The translations under genes were made by a program, and so were the position numbers. A stretch of DNA of 64,000 nt from a virus: IMG/VR virus record IMGVR_UViG_3300018432_000005, positions 1 to 64,000 of that record; one strand, given 5' to 3'. Of the stretch, positions 10,110 to 20,137 are shown one piece after another; the first letter of the stretch is position 1, and each line of letters begins with the position of its first letter. The notes under the pieces are model-generated. The model was not told the DNA's origin, ran no database searches, and was given only the letters and a program-made list of their open reading frames with translations.

Positions 10110-10505
10110 ATGAGCGTTGGTGGCAGCATCGAATCAATCTCGGTTCGCGGGCGGAACTTCTCCGTCGCAGCCGACGCAGACGGCACGCGCAAGCTAGGCG
10201 GATTCTCGAACGCGCTCGAGATGAACGGCGATGCGAGCGCGCGCGTGATCAAGACGCGCGTCGGCTGGGCCCTGAGCGGCATCACCGTCGACGTCAACGA
10301 TGTGCGCGGCGATCACGAGTTCCTGCAGGAGCTTTGCGACGGCAAGCGCGCCGACGCCGACGGCTACTTCCCCATCGTCGTCACGCTGGCTTCGGGCATC
10401 AGCTATTCGGGCAAGGGGCTGATCCTCGACGACCTCGAATACAACACGCAGAACACGACCGCATCGCTCTCGCTGGGCGGTCCGGGCAAGCTGATTCAGC
10501 AGTAA
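10110..10505 (+). CDS. Tail tube protein
   Basis: 131 aa, beta-rich, after the sheath. Confidence 0.82.
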   Translation: MSVGGSIESISVRGRNFSVAADADGTRKLGGFSNALEMNGDASARVIKTRVGWALSGITVDVNDVRGDHEFLQELCDGKRADADGYFPIVVTLASGISYSGKGLILDDLEYNTQNTTASLSLGGPGKLIQQ

Positions 10506-10578
10506 CTCGCGCCCCCTCTCTCCATCCTCGTCAAAGCGAGCGAGAGGGCCACGGGGCGCCCCTCTCGCTCGCTCAGAA

Positions 10579-10992
10579 ATGAGCCATTCACACATGGGCG
10601 AAGTCGCGACAGAAGTAGCCGAGCAAGAGTTCGAGCGGTTTGCCGAAGCAATGGATCTGGACGTCGACCATTCCAAGATGGACGCCGATGATCGCAAGGG
10701 CTTCGACGACGCAAAGCGCACTCTCGTGCGCGCGCTCGAGACGGGTCACATGACCGTCGACGACAAGGGGCAGCCGGTGCTGCATCCGACGACCGGGGCC
10801 GCCGACCTGACCTTCTACGAGCCGACCGGCGCCACCTTCATGGAGATGGACGGCCAGAAGACGTCCCATCAGATGGGCCGGCTGATCGTGCTGATCGCCG
10901 CGATGACGCGCGTTGCACCGAAGGTGATCTCGTCGCTGCCAAACCGCGACTTCAAGATCTGCAAAACGCTCGTCGTTCTTTTTTTGGGCTGA
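10579..10992 (+). CDS. Tail assembly chaperone (G-like)
   Basis: Between tube and tape measure; LTFYEPTG motif; ends on a T7G slippery run. Confidence 0.8.
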   Translation: MSHSHMGEVATEVAEQEFERFAEAMDLDVDHSKMDADDRKGFDDAKRTLVRALETGHMTVDDKGQPVLHPTTGAADLTFYEPTGATFMEMDGQKTSHQMGRLIVLIAAMTRVAPKVISSLPNRDFKICKTLVVLFLG

Positions 10993-11270
10993 ACGTCTCG
11001 ACGTTACTGGTGCGCGGCGGCGCAGACGCGAGGTTGGTCAAAAGGCTCGACCGCGAGCCCAAAGAACCTGGCCACACACTCCTGCCCGTCTACGTTGAGA
11101 TGCTGCTGCAGTGCTGCATCGACTATCCGGGTCTGCCCGATCCGCGAACGCTGACGATGGGCGAGATCCGATTCTTCTATTCCGGCCGGCGCGGTGCCTT
11201 GAAGAAGGACACCGCGCCGCGACACGAAAAGAAGCCACAACTGACGCGGCGCCCTCGGCGCAAAAGGTAA
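10980..11270 (+). CDS. -1 frameshift extension of the tail assembly chaperone (GT / P2 E'-like)
   Basis: T TTT TTG at 10980-10986; -1 frame open from there to 11270; contains LPDPRTLTMGEIRFFY. Confidence 0.75.
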   Translation, partial: FFGLNVSTLLVRGGADARLVKRLDREPKEPGHTLLPVYVEMLLQCCIDYPGLPDPRTLTMGEIRFFYSGRRGALKKDTAPRHEKKPQLTRRPRRKR

Positions 11271-11279
11271 GGTCTGCAC

Positions 11280-13400
11280 ATGGCGGGGAGATACAGCGTC
11301 GACGCGGTCTTCCGCGCGATCGATCGCATGACCGCGCCGATCAACAAGATGCAGTCCCGGATGTCGAAGTTCGTGAAGGCGACCGAGACGGGGATCAAGA
11401 GCCTCGACAAGGCGGCAGACAAGTGGCTCGCCGGCCTCACGCGCGCGAGCGTGGGACTGTCGGTCGCGGCCGCGGCGTCGACGGCTGCCCTTGCGGCCGC
11501 CGCACAACCCGGCATGGAGTTCGAGCAGCAGATCGCCAACCTGGGCGCCGCCTATCTCAAGACGCGCGACCAGATCGCGCCGCTCGAGAAAGAGGCGTTG
11601 CGTCTGGGCGCTGCGACGCAGTTTTCCGCAACCGACGTCGCGGGCGCGCTCGAGTCGATGGCCAAAGCGGGCTTCTCCGAAGAGCAAGCGCTCGCGGGCA
11701 TTGAAGGCATGACCTACGCGGCGGCCGCGGCCGGCGAAGACCTCGTGCAGACCTCGGCCGCGATCGGCGCCGTCATGAAAGGCATGGGCATCGAGACGTC
11801 GCAGACGACCAAAGTCGCCGACCTGCTCGCGCTCGCGAGCGTCAAGACGGCAAGCTCGATCGGCTCGCTGGCCGAGAGCATGTCGAAGGTCGGGCCCGTT
11901 GCGCGGCAGCTCGATATCCCCCTGAAAGACGTGGTCGCGATGGTGGCATCGCTGCAAGACGCGGGGCTCGACGCGTCCGAGGCGGGCAGCGCAACGGCGA
12001 CCATGCTGACGATGATGGCCTCGCCGTCCAAGGCCGTCACCGCCCAGATGAAGAAGCTCGGCATCAGCTTCAAGGACGCGACGGGCAACATGAAGGCGCC
12101 CGCGCTCGTCCTGGGCGAGCTCGTGAAGGCGGGCAAGAAAGCGGGCGGCAACATGGAGCAGCTCGCCTTCTTCGCCGACCTCGTCGGGCTCCGCGGCCAG
12201 AAGGCGGCGATCAACCTCAAAGAGCTCTTCGAGTCAGGCGCCTACGACAAACTAGTCGGCGAGCTCGACGCGGCCGCGGGTACGGCGAAGCAGATGTCGG
12301 ACCTTCGCATGTCGACGCTGACGGGCGACATCGACAAGATGACCGAGAGCGTCAAGACGCTCGCGATCGACGCATACTCGGTTCAGAGCGGAGGCCTGCG
12401 CGGCATCGTCTCGGGCATGACCGAGTGGATCGATAAAAATCGCGAGGTCATCGGTCAGAACGTCAACGGCTTCTTCAAGACGCTCGCCGACAACTTCGAG
12501 TCGATCGTGACGTGGATCCGGCGCATCGGCACCGTGATCGCCGTCATCACCGCCGCGTCGATTGCCGTCAAGCTGTTCGCGGGCGCGGTGCAGATCCTGA
12601 CCTGGGCCATGGCTGCCAACCCCATGACGCTGCTGATCGTCGGCATCGTCGCAGCCCTCGCGCTGATCCTCGCGTTTTGGCCTGAAATCGAGGCCTTCTT
12701 CGGCGCCATGTGGGAGGGCATCGTCAGCATCGCGAGCTCGATCGGCAACGCCATCGGCAGCGCGGTCGGCGCGATCTTCGACTTCTACAAGCGGGCGTGG
12801 ATGGCCATCTTCGAGTTCATCGTCGGACTGTTCACGTTGATCTGGCGCATGGTGAAGCCCGCCATTCAGCCCGCGCTCGACTTCATCCTCTCGATCGCGA
12901 CGACGATCTACGAGTACGTCATCGTTCCGCTCGGGCAGTTCTTCGCAGCGCTCTGGCGAGGCGTGAGCGACGCTGCGGCCGCTGCGTGGCAGTACATCGC
13001 GGACGGCGCGAAATACTGGTTTGACGTCACGGTCGCGATCTGGTCGGTCATCGGCGGCGTCTTCAAGGCCATCTGGGATGGCATCGCGGCCGCCTTCATG
13101 GCGATCCTCGGCCCCGTGTTCGACAAGATCATGTGGGCGATCGACAAGGTGCGCGCGCTCGGACGCGCGACCCTCGGCACCGATGAAGGGGAGGGCACGC
13201 CCGACAGCGCCGCCCCCATGAGCTCGCAGCCACAGGTCATCAGCCCCTCGGACCGCATCGCGCAGTCGATCAGCGAGACGACGACCACGCAGCAAAGCGA
13301 GGTCACGATCCGCGACACGACGGGCAAGGCCACGATCACGAAGAAGCCGGCAGGCGGCGGCATCGGTCTTCGCGTGGCACCGTCGGGGGCGTTCCGGTGA
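11280..13400 (+). CDS. Tape measure protein (TP901-type core)
   Basis: 706 aa, Ala-rich; LGAATQFSATDVA, SLQDAGLDASEAGS; Trp/Phe-periodic C-terminus. Confidence 0.92.
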   Translation: MAGRYSVDAVFRAIDRMTAPINKMQSRMSKFVKATETGIKSLDKAADKWLAGLTRASVGLSVAAAASTAALAAAAQPGMEFEQQIANLGAAYLKTRDQIAPLEKEALRLGAATQFSATDVAGALESMAKAGFSEEQALAGIEGMTYAAAAAGEDLVQTSAAIGAVMKGMGIETSQTTKVADLLALASVKTASSIGSLAESMSKVGPVARQLDIPLKDVVAMVASLQDAGLDASEAGSATATMLTMMASPSKAVTAQMKKLGISFKDATGNMKAPALVLGELVKAGKKAGGNMEQLAFFADLVGLRGQKAAINLKELFESGAYDKLVGELDAAAGTAKQMSDLRMSTLTGDIDKMTESVKTLAIDAYSVQSGGLRGIVSGMTEWIDKNREVIGQNVNGFFKTLADNFESIVTWIRRIGTVIAVITAASIAVKLFAGAVQILTWAMAANPMTLLIVGIVAALALILAFWPEIEAFFGAMWEGIVSIASSIGNAIGSAVGAIFDFYKRAWMAIFEFIVGLFTLIWRMVKPAIQPALDFILSIATTIYEYVIVPLGQFFAALWRGVSDAAAAAWQYIADGAKYWFDVTVAIWSVIGGVFKAIWDGIAAAFMAILGPVFDKIMWAIDKVRALGRATLGTDEGEGTPDSAAPMSSQPQVISPSDRIAQSISETTTTQQSEVTIRDTTGKATITKKPAGGGIGLRVAPSGAFR

Positions 13401-14659
13401 CGTGGGAAGACCGCGTTCGACCAGCCGCGTACACGCCTCCGAGCGGCGTGCGCATGGTCTTTCAGTACGAAGACGTGTCACGCGAGGTCGACAAGCGAAC
13501 AACGGGCTTCGAGTTCCCGGATGTTGACGGGGGCTACGTCCAGGACAACGGGCACGGCTCGCGCCGCTACCCGCTGCGCTGCTACTTCTCGGGCGCTAGC
13601 CACGACCTGCAAGCGACCGCGTTCGAGCTCGCGCTGCTCGAGCGGGGTCCGGGTCGGCTCGAGCACCCCTTCTATGGGTCGTTCGACGCGATCGCCTTCG
13701 GGACGATCACCCGGCGCGACGACCTCAAGACGGCGGCCAACCAGAGCATCATCGACGTCGTCTTCTGGACGACCATCGGCGCGCTGTACCCGTCGGGTCT
13801 GATGAGCCCGCGCAACGAACTGTTGGTCGCGCTCGACGCCTTCGACTTTGCCATCGCGACGGAGTTCGAAGAAACGATGCAGCTCGAGCGCGCGGCCGCG
13901 CGCGTGGCCACGAAGGCCAACACGCGTTCGCTGCTGCGCTACGTGTCGGACGCTCTCGAAGGCATTGCCGCAGGCGCCGAGGCCGTCAACCGCGACTTCC
14001 GCGAAGCGCAGTCGGCCGTCAACTACGGCCTCGACGTGCTGGTCGGTCAGCCCCTTCTGCTCGCGCAGCAGATCGGCAACCTCGTCACCGCGCCCGCGCG
14101 CGCGCTCGTCGGGCTCGAGATGCGCCTCGAAGGCTATCGCCAGCTCGCGCAGCGCATCTTCGCGACGACCTCCCTAGGCGCCCCATTTCAGAGCCCGGCC
14201 CTGTCCCGCATGCAGCTCAGTCTGACCAACGGCTACCGCACCGCCGACCTGTTCGCGATGCACGCCGTTGCCGGCTCGCTGCGCGCGGTCATCGAGACGA
14301 CCTTCCAGAGCAAGCCCGCCGCGCTCGCGGCCGCCGACACCGTGCTGACGCAGTTCGACGACGTCGTCGCATGGCGCGACCGGGCGGCCGAGTCTCTGGG
14401 GATCGTCGACCGTGGCGCCGCGCAGCAAGCGCTGCAGCACGCAACCGCGCGCGCAGCCGGCTACCTGATCGAGCAGTCCTACGCGCTCGCAGCAGAGCGG
14501 CGCATCGTGCTCGACCGGCCACGTACGATCATCGACCTGGCTGCCGAGCTGTACGGCAGCGTCGACGACAAGCTCGACCTCTTGATCAGCACCAACGAAC
14601 TCACCGGCGCCGAGGTGCTCGAGCTGCCGCGGGGGACGAGCATTGCCTACTACCGATAG
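13397..14659 (+). CDS. Mu gpN-like 'DNA circularization' tail protein
   Basis: MTWEDRVRPAAY, EFPDVDGGYVQDNG, GPGRLEHPFYG; LysM-like C-terminus. Confidence 0.85.
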   Translation: MTWEDRVRPAAYTPPSGVRMVFQYEDVSREVDKRTTGFEFPDVDGGYVQDNGHGSRRYPLRCYFSGASHDLQATAFELALLERGPGRLEHPFYGSFDAIAFGTITRRDDLKTAANQSIIDVVFWTTIGALYPSGLMSPRNELLVALDAFDFAIATEFEETMQLERAAARVATKANTRSLLRYVSDALEGIAAGAEAVNRDFREAQSAVNYGLDVLVGQPLLLAQQIGNLVTAPARALVGLEMRLEGYRQLAQRIFATTSLGAPFQSPALSRMQLSLTNGYRTADLFAMHAVAGSLRAVIETTFQSKPAALAAADTVLTQFDDVVAWRDRAAESLGIVDRGAAQQALQHATARAAGYLIEQSYALAAERRIVLDRPRTIIDLAAELYGSVDDKLDLLISTNELTGAEVLELPRGTSIAYYR

Positions 14660-15731
14660 CCGCGACTCGGTCGCGGTGCTGATCGATGACCGGGCATGGC
14701 GCGGCGTCAATGACATCGAGTTGCATCGCGGCATCGACACGCATCCGACCATCGGCTTTGCGTCCCCGTTCGATCCTGAACGGCGCGAGATGCGCGAGAC
14801 GTTTCGGCCGATGTCCTTCAAGCCGCTCGTCGCCACAATCGGGGGCGAGCCCCTCTTCACGGGCAAGCTCGTCGAGGCCGTCCCCACGCGCGATGCAAAG
14901 TCGAGCGTCGTGCAGTGCAGCGGCTACTCGTTGCCGGCCGAGCTCGAAGACATCAACTTGCCCGGCGACCGCGTGCCCTTCGAGGCTTCGGGCCTGAGTC
15001 TGCGTCAGATTGCCGAGGCGCTCGCGAGCATCAACGGGATCACGGTCCTGATGCTCGTCGACGACGGCGGCGCGTTTTCGAAGGTCCACACGAGGCAGCG
15101 CAGCGTCGACACGCGCGTCGACCACGACACGAAGATCGACGCGTTCCTCGTCGAGCTCGCCAAGCAGCGCGGCATCGTTCGGACGAGCAACGCGCGGGGT
15201 CAGCTCGTCTTCTGGCAGAGCGTGCGACCCGGCAACCCCGTTGCACGCCTTGTCGAGGGCGAGCCCGGCATCGTGTCGGTCGTGCCCTCGTTCAGTCCGC
15301 AGGACTACTACAGCGAGATCACCGGCTTCACCTCTGCCAAGCGCGGCCGCACCGGCTCGCAGTTCACAGAGCGAAACCGTCGCCTGTCTGGCGGCGTGCT
15401 GCGCCCGATGTCGTTCCGCCTCGACGATGTAGAGAAGGGCGACGCCCCGAACGCGGTGCGCGCGAAGATGGCGCGCATGTTCGGCAACGCCGTCAGCTAC
15501 GTCGTGAATCTGCCGTCATGGCGCGGACCCAACGGCGAGCTTTGGGAGCCGAACACGACGATCACGCTGCAGGCGCCGGGCGCGATGGTCTACGGCGAGA
15601 CAGAGCTCCTGATCCGCGACGTCTATCTGAAGCAGTCCGACAGCGAGCAGACCGCGTCGCTGGGCTGCGTGCTACCGGGCGCGTTCTCGGGCGAGCAGCC
15701 TGATCGCATGCCCTGGGATGAGCCGCTATGA
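14643..15731 (+). CDS. Baseplate hub protein (Mu gp44-like)
   Basis: WRGPNGELWEPN motif; synteny. Confidence 0.85.
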   Translation: MPTTDSRDSVAVLIDDRAWRGVNDIELHRGIDTHPTIGFASPFDPERREMRETFRPMSFKPLVATIGGEPLFTGKLVEAVPTRDAKSSVVQCSGYSLPAELEDINLPGDRVPFEASGLSLRQIAEALASINGITVLMLVDDGGAFSKVHTRQRSVDTRVDHDTKIDAFLVELAKQRGIVRTSNARGQLVFWQSVRPGNPVARLVEGEPGIVSVVPSFSPQDYYSEITGFTSAKRGRTGSQFTERNRRLSGGVLRPMSFRLDDVEKGDAPNAVRAKMARMFGNAVSYVVNLPSWRGPNGELWEPNTTITLQAPGAMVYGETELLIRDVYLKQSDSEQTASLGCVLPGAFSGEQPDRMPWDEPL

Positions 15732-16261
15732 GCCGCATCGGCGAGGTGCTGTCGACAGAGCGCGTGGTCGAAGATGGCGCGTACGGCGTCGACGTGAAGT
15801 TCGATCCAGGGGGCGGCGCGAACGCCACCGCGCCGCACTTCGCCGACCCTGGTGACGACTCCCTGCCGCTGCCCGGCGACTTCCTCGCGCTCGAAGACTC
15901 GGTCGGCGCAGGAGCCGAGCAAGCGACCGGCTACGCGGACACACGCAACGCAGGCAAGGCTCGTCCAGGCGAGAAGCGCATCTACGCGCGCGACGCGTCG
16001 GGCGCCGTCGTCGTCGACCTCTGGCTGCAGCGCGACGGCTCCATCGTCATCAGCAACGGCGCGGGTTCCTTCACCATGAAGAAGACCGGCGCCGTCGAGA
16101 TCAACGGCGTCGTCATCGGCGTCGACGGCAGCATCAGCGCAAAGGGCGAGGTCACCGCGAACGCGTCGACGCCGCTGCCGATCAAACTCTCGGCGCACAC
16201 GCACCTGACGGCAGGCACGGGCACGCCCAGTAAGCCCGTACCCTTTCCCCCAACACCGTAA
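15728..16261 (+). CDS. Baseplate spike protein (Mu gp45 / P2 V-like)
   Basis: DDSLPLPGD, PGEKRIYARD, C-terminal HTH (His-x-His) metal-binding motif. Confidence 0.85.
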   Translation: MSRIGEVLSTERVVEDGAYGVDVKFDPGGGANATAPHFADPGDDSLPLPGDFLALEDSVGAGAEQATGYADTRNAGKARPGEKRIYARDASGAVVVDLWLQRDGSIVISNGAGSFTMKKTGAVEINGVVIGVDGSISAKGEVTANASTPLPIKLSAHTHLTAGTGTPSKPVPFPPTP

Positions 16262-16270
16262 GGCAGACGC

Positions 16271-17314
16271 ATGACGATCTCGTTTGCCGTGCCGAGCGGT
16301 GTGCCACTGCCGCATCGCTACGCGTCGCGCATCTTCACGGCGACGCGTGAGCTTTCCTATTGCTGCGCGCACTTCGTGTCGGGTCCGCAGCGGCCGCAGG
16401 AGTTCGTCTATCGCGACGGGGCTTTCCAGTGGCCGTATCTCGAGAGCAAGCGCGAGGGCGACACGTACACGATCGTCCGCACGGGCGGCTGGCCGCGCAA
16501 CTTGGAATTGCGGCCGAAGGAAGTGCCCGAACAGTCAGGGGCACCGTCGTCGTTCTGGGACACGCTCTACGAAGTCGACCTGCGCACGCTGCCGAGCCAG
16601 TCGATCCCCGTCGGCAACAGTGCCTATCTCTCGTTCGTGCTCGACGGTCAGCCTTGGTACGCGCACACGTCGAACGGCAGCCTTGCTGTCGTCAACGGGC
16701 AAGGCATCGTCGGATCCGCGCAGTACGACGCGAGCGGCGGCAACGGTTACGCAGGCGTGCACTTCGGGCTGCGTGCGTACGCGATGGCCGGATACGACCA
16801 GACCAAGCAGACCGCAGCGCTCGTCAAGTACGCGGGCGACCTGAGCGCTTCGCCTGGCGGGCAGGTGCTGGGCGCATCGAACTGGACGGGGGGCGAGAAC
16901 TGGGGCTACGGCCCCGGCTACACCGCGTCGATCTTGAAAGCCACGAAGTCGGACGTGCACTTTTTCGCTACCAACCAAGGGGCGGGGCCGGGGCTTGCGT
17001 ACGCTGCGCACCCCGGCGAAGACTGGCTCGAGTGGACCTTTGCCACGACGGCTATGCCCATGGTCGGGATGGGCTCGCCTGACTACACGTCACTGCGCAC
17101 GCATGCTCGTATGGGCGCGGTGTTGCGCGGCGGCGTTGACGCTTACGCCGTCATGCCGCCGATGGAAAGTCTCGCAGGCATCGGGATGCGCAACGGCACC
17201 GGCAACGGCGAAAGCTCTTCACTCAAGATCGGCTTCTACGCCGGCTCGAACAACGGCGTCTCGATTCCGTTCCGCGCCACGCACATCAAAGTCGTGCAGA
17301 GGGCAGTGCCATGA
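16271..17314 (+). CDS. Hypothetical virion protein, paralog 1 (putative receptor-binding)
   Basis: Beta/Gly-rich; N-terminal ~170 aa similar to the next gene. Confidence 0.6.
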   Translation: MTISFAVPSGVPLPHRYASRIFTATRELSYCCAHFVSGPQRPQEFVYRDGAFQWPYLESKREGDTYTIVRTGGWPRNLELRPKEVPEQSGAPSSFWDTLYEVDLRTLPSQSIPVGNSAYLSFVLDGQPWYAHTSNGSLAVVNGQGIVGSAQYDASGGNGYAGVHFGLRAYAMAGYDQTKQTAALVKYAGDLSASPGGQVLGASNWTGGENWGYGPGYTASILKATKSDVHFFATNQGAGPGLAYAAHPGEDWLEWTFATTAMPMVGMGSPDYTSLRTHARMGAVLRGGVDAYAVMPPMESLAGIGMRNGTGNGESSSLKIGFYAGSNNGVSIPFRATHIKVVQRAVP

Positions 17315-18357
17315 CGGTCACGTTCTCTGTGCCGACGGGTGAGTTCCTGCCATCGCGCACCGCGCCGCGCGTCTTCACGTGCACGCGCGAGCTTGAGTTT
17401 GCATGCGTGCGGTATCGACCTGACGCTGACAAGCCCGTTCCGCGCGCAGTCGAGATGGTCTGGTTCAACGGAGAGTTTCAATACCCTTACTCGCTCGCTT
17501 CGAACGTCAAAGGCAACACGTACACCGTCGTTCGACAGGGCGGCTGGTCTGAGGATCTCGAGCTTCATGTGCGCGAGGTGACGCCGCTGCCGGCGACGCT
17601 CTGGTCGACGCTCTACCAGAAAGACCTGCGCACGCTGCCCAATCAGGTGATCCTGCCGAAGCTCTACGGCCAGTACCTGGATAGCGGTTACATCCCGGTC
17701 ACGCTCGACGGCGTTGCATGGGCGCTGCAAGCAAACAATGGCATCGCGAGCGTCGTCAACGGCGCAGGCATCGCTGTCACGTCGAACGGGACAGCGAGCG
17801 GCGGCAACGGCTACGCGGGCTGTCACATGAGCATTCGCGCAGACCTGTTGCCTGGCTTTGACCCGGCGAAGAAGACCTGTGTGCAGATTCGCGCGACAGG
17901 CTTGGCGACGCAGCTCAAGCACGTTGGGGCGAGCATGTACACGGGAGCTTCCCAGTACGCGCCGGCAAACGATCATATCGGCGTGCGCTTTGGCGTCGGC
18001 GGATCGGGCGTGCGCGCGAACATCTTCGGCATCGTGGGCACCAACGGCTTTTTCACGGCCAACTACTACGGAGTCGATCCGCTCGTCTCCACACCTGACG
18101 TTGGCAATCGCGTCTTCGCCGTCGCGTGGTCACCCAAGTTCATCGACACGCAGGGCAACCAAAGTCAGGCCCGGTACTCGCTGTTTGGCAGCTGGGGCGG
18201 GGCGATGCCGGCCCCCGAAGACATGGAGCCAGTGAGCGCGAACAAGTTCTCGTTCGACATCAACGATCCTGCGCTCGCGGGCATGTACGTCGGCGCAGAC
18301 TCGGGTGGCGGCGAGCCGATCTTCCACCTGACTCACATTCGGGTGTTGCAGAAATGA
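17311..18357 (+). CDS. Hypothetical virion protein, paralog 2
   Basis: Shares FTxTREL, TYTxVRxGGW, WxTLYxxDLRTLP and ASGGNGYAG with the previous gene. Confidence 0.6.
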   Translation: MTVTFSVPTGEFLPSRTAPRVFTCTRELEFACVRYRPDADKPVPRAVEMVWFNGEFQYPYSLASNVKGNTYTVVRQGGWSEDLELHVREVTPLPATLWSTLYQKDLRTLPNQVILPKLYGQYLDSGYIPVTLDGVAWALQANNGIASVVNGAGIAVTSNGTASGGNGYAGCHMSIRADLLPGFDPAKKTCVQIRATGLATQLKHVGASMYTGASQYAPANDHIGVRFGVGGSGVRANIFGIVGTNGFFTANYYGVDPLVSTPDVGNRVFAVAWSPKFIDTQGNQSQARYSLFGSWGGAMPAPEDMEPVSANKFSFDINDPALAGMYVGADSGGGEPIFHLTHIRVLQK

Positions 18358-18926
18358 CGACCGATTTCGCCGTCTACTACCTGCCCGAAGGCGAGCAGCC
18401 CGAAGCGGGCGACGTCGCCGTCTACCCGCTGCCGCTCGTCACTGAAGAGACGCGCTCGAGTGTCCGCCAGCGCGCGCCCATCTCCGACGTCCGCATGTTT
18501 CACGGACCGGATGGCGGCGACATCGCCTTCGTTGGCGGTCTGCTCGAGATGTCTGACGGTCTGTTCGAGGCGGTCTACCTCTCGCTGTTCGGCGGCAACG
18601 ATCGCGACAGCGGATTGCCGGGCGACCTGTCTAAGCAGTGGTGGGGCAACTTCTCGGAGCCTGACCCCGCCAAGCACTACCGCAGCGAGACGCAGTTCTT
18701 GCTCGACACGTTGCCGCCGACGTCGGGCAACCTCCGCCGCATCGAGGCGGCCGTGACCAATGACCTTGCGTGGCTGACGTCGTCGAAGCTCGTGCGCGCC
18801 GTGCGTGCGACCGTGTCGATGCCCGCGCGCTCGAGCATTCACATCGCGGGCGAGATCGACGTCGACGGCAGCGCCGAAGGCTATCGATTTGCCATCCCGC
18901 GCACCTGGGGAGCACGCGCCGCATGA
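18354..18926 (+). CDS. Baseplate wedge protein (Mu gp46-like)
   Basis: ATG overlaps previous stop; AVYLSLFGGN, WWGN, DLAWL motifs. Confidence 0.8.
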   Translation: MTTDFAVYYLPEGEQPEAGDVAVYPLPLVTEETRSSVRQRAPISDVRMFHGPDGGDIAFVGGLLEMSDGLFEAVYLSLFGGNDRDSGLPGDLSKQWWGNFSEPDPAKHYRSETQFLLDTLPPTSGNLRRIEAAVTNDLAWLTSSKLVRAVRATVSMPARSSIHIAGEIDVDGSAEGYRFAIPRTWGARAA

Positions 18927-20116
18927 GTCAGCAGATCCCGACGACGCAAGCGCTCTCGGAAGACTTCGTCGCGCAGATGGACGCGGCGACCGAGCACACC
19001 ACGCCGCTGCTCGCGCGCGCCTACACGCGCGTGCTCGGCAAGGTGCAGGCCGGCGTGTACGTGCTCCTGTACAAGTACGTCGGCTGGATGCTTCTACAGC
19101 AGTTCATTCAGCACGCGTCCATGCGTGAGACGACGATCCTCGGCCGCAAGATCCGGCCGCTGGTCGAGTGGGGACGGCTCGTCGGTGCTGGCGATCCGCT
19201 CGAAGCGACGCGGGCCGAACTGACGATCGCCGTGCAGGTGCAGGTGCAGACCGGGAGTCTGCCGGCCGGCTCGCAGCTCGTGTTCCCGTCGAGCGGCGTC
19301 GTGTACGTCACGACGGCCTCGATCGCGCTCAATGCCGCGACCGTGTACCCGACCGTCCGCGCCGTCTCGGATCAGCGCGGCGGCGCCGGCGCGGGCACCG
19401 TCGGCAACCTCGCGCCGGGCGCCGTGTTGCAGTTCGCGCAGCCCCTGCCCAACGTCGCGCGACAGGCGCCCGTGACGGCCCAGACGGTCACAGGCGCCAA
19501 CGCAGAGACCGAGCCCGCCTACCGCGCGCGCATCATCCGCCGCGTCCAGGCCAAGCCCCAGGGCGGCGCCGCGGCCGACTTCCGGCTCTGGGGCGAAGAG
19601 AACCCCGGCATCCCCCACGTCTACCCGTACCGGGGCGCCCCGGGCGAGGTCGACTTGTACGTCGAGGCGACCGAGGCGAGCTCGGGCAGTGTCGACGGCA
19701 TCCCCACAAGCGGCCAGCTCGACGCCGTCAAGGCGCTCGTCGAGCTCGACGTCGCCGGCCGCGCCTCGCGCCGCCCCGTGCTCGCCTTCGTCAACGTCCT
19801 GCCGATCACGCGCACGGCCTTCGACGTTCGCGTGACGGGACTCGAGAGCAGCGACGAGGCAGCGGCGGAGGCAGCGATCGAAGATGCCGTCGACGAGTAC
19901 CTGCGCTCTCGCGAGCCCTTCATCGAGGGCCTCGCGGTGCTGCCGCGCCTCGACCGCATCACGCAGGCGGCCATCAGCGGGATCATCGACGACGTCGTCG
20001 CGTCGCTGGGCGGCAGCGTCGCAGCCGTCGCGCTTGAGCAGGGAGGTAACCCCTTGCCCGCGTACACCCTGGCCAAGGGCGAGAAGGCAAAGCTTGGCTC
20101 GGTCACTTCCATCTAA
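18923..20116 (+). CDS. Baseplate J / Mu gp47-like protein
   Basis: GTVGNL, GANAETEPAYRARI, PQGGAAADFRLW motifs. Confidence 0.9.
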   Translation: MSQQIPTTQALSEDFVAQMDAATEHTTPLLARAYTRVLGKVQAGVYVLLYKYVGWMLLQQFIQHASMRETTILGRKIRPLVEWGRLVGAGDPLEATRAELTIAVQVQVQTGSLPAGSQLVFPSSGVVYVTTASIALNAATVYPTVRAVSDQRGGAGAGTVGNLAPGAVLQFAQPLPNVARQAPVTAQTVTGANAETEPAYRARIIRRVQAKPQGGAAADFRLWGEENPGIPHVYPYRGAPGEVDLYVEATEASSGSVDGIPTSGQLDAVKALVELDVAGRASRRPVLAFVNVLPITRTAFDVRVTGLESSDEAAAEAAIEDAVDEYLRSREPFIEGLAVLPRLDRITQAAISGIIDDVVASLGGSVAAVALEQGGNPLPAYTLAKGEKAKLGSVTSI

Positions 20117-20137
20117 CGAGGGCGAGCGAACAACACC

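Noticed and set aside
10985-11008. Extra 8-bp array copies here and near 59755
   Set aside because: Only about two units in register; could be chance.
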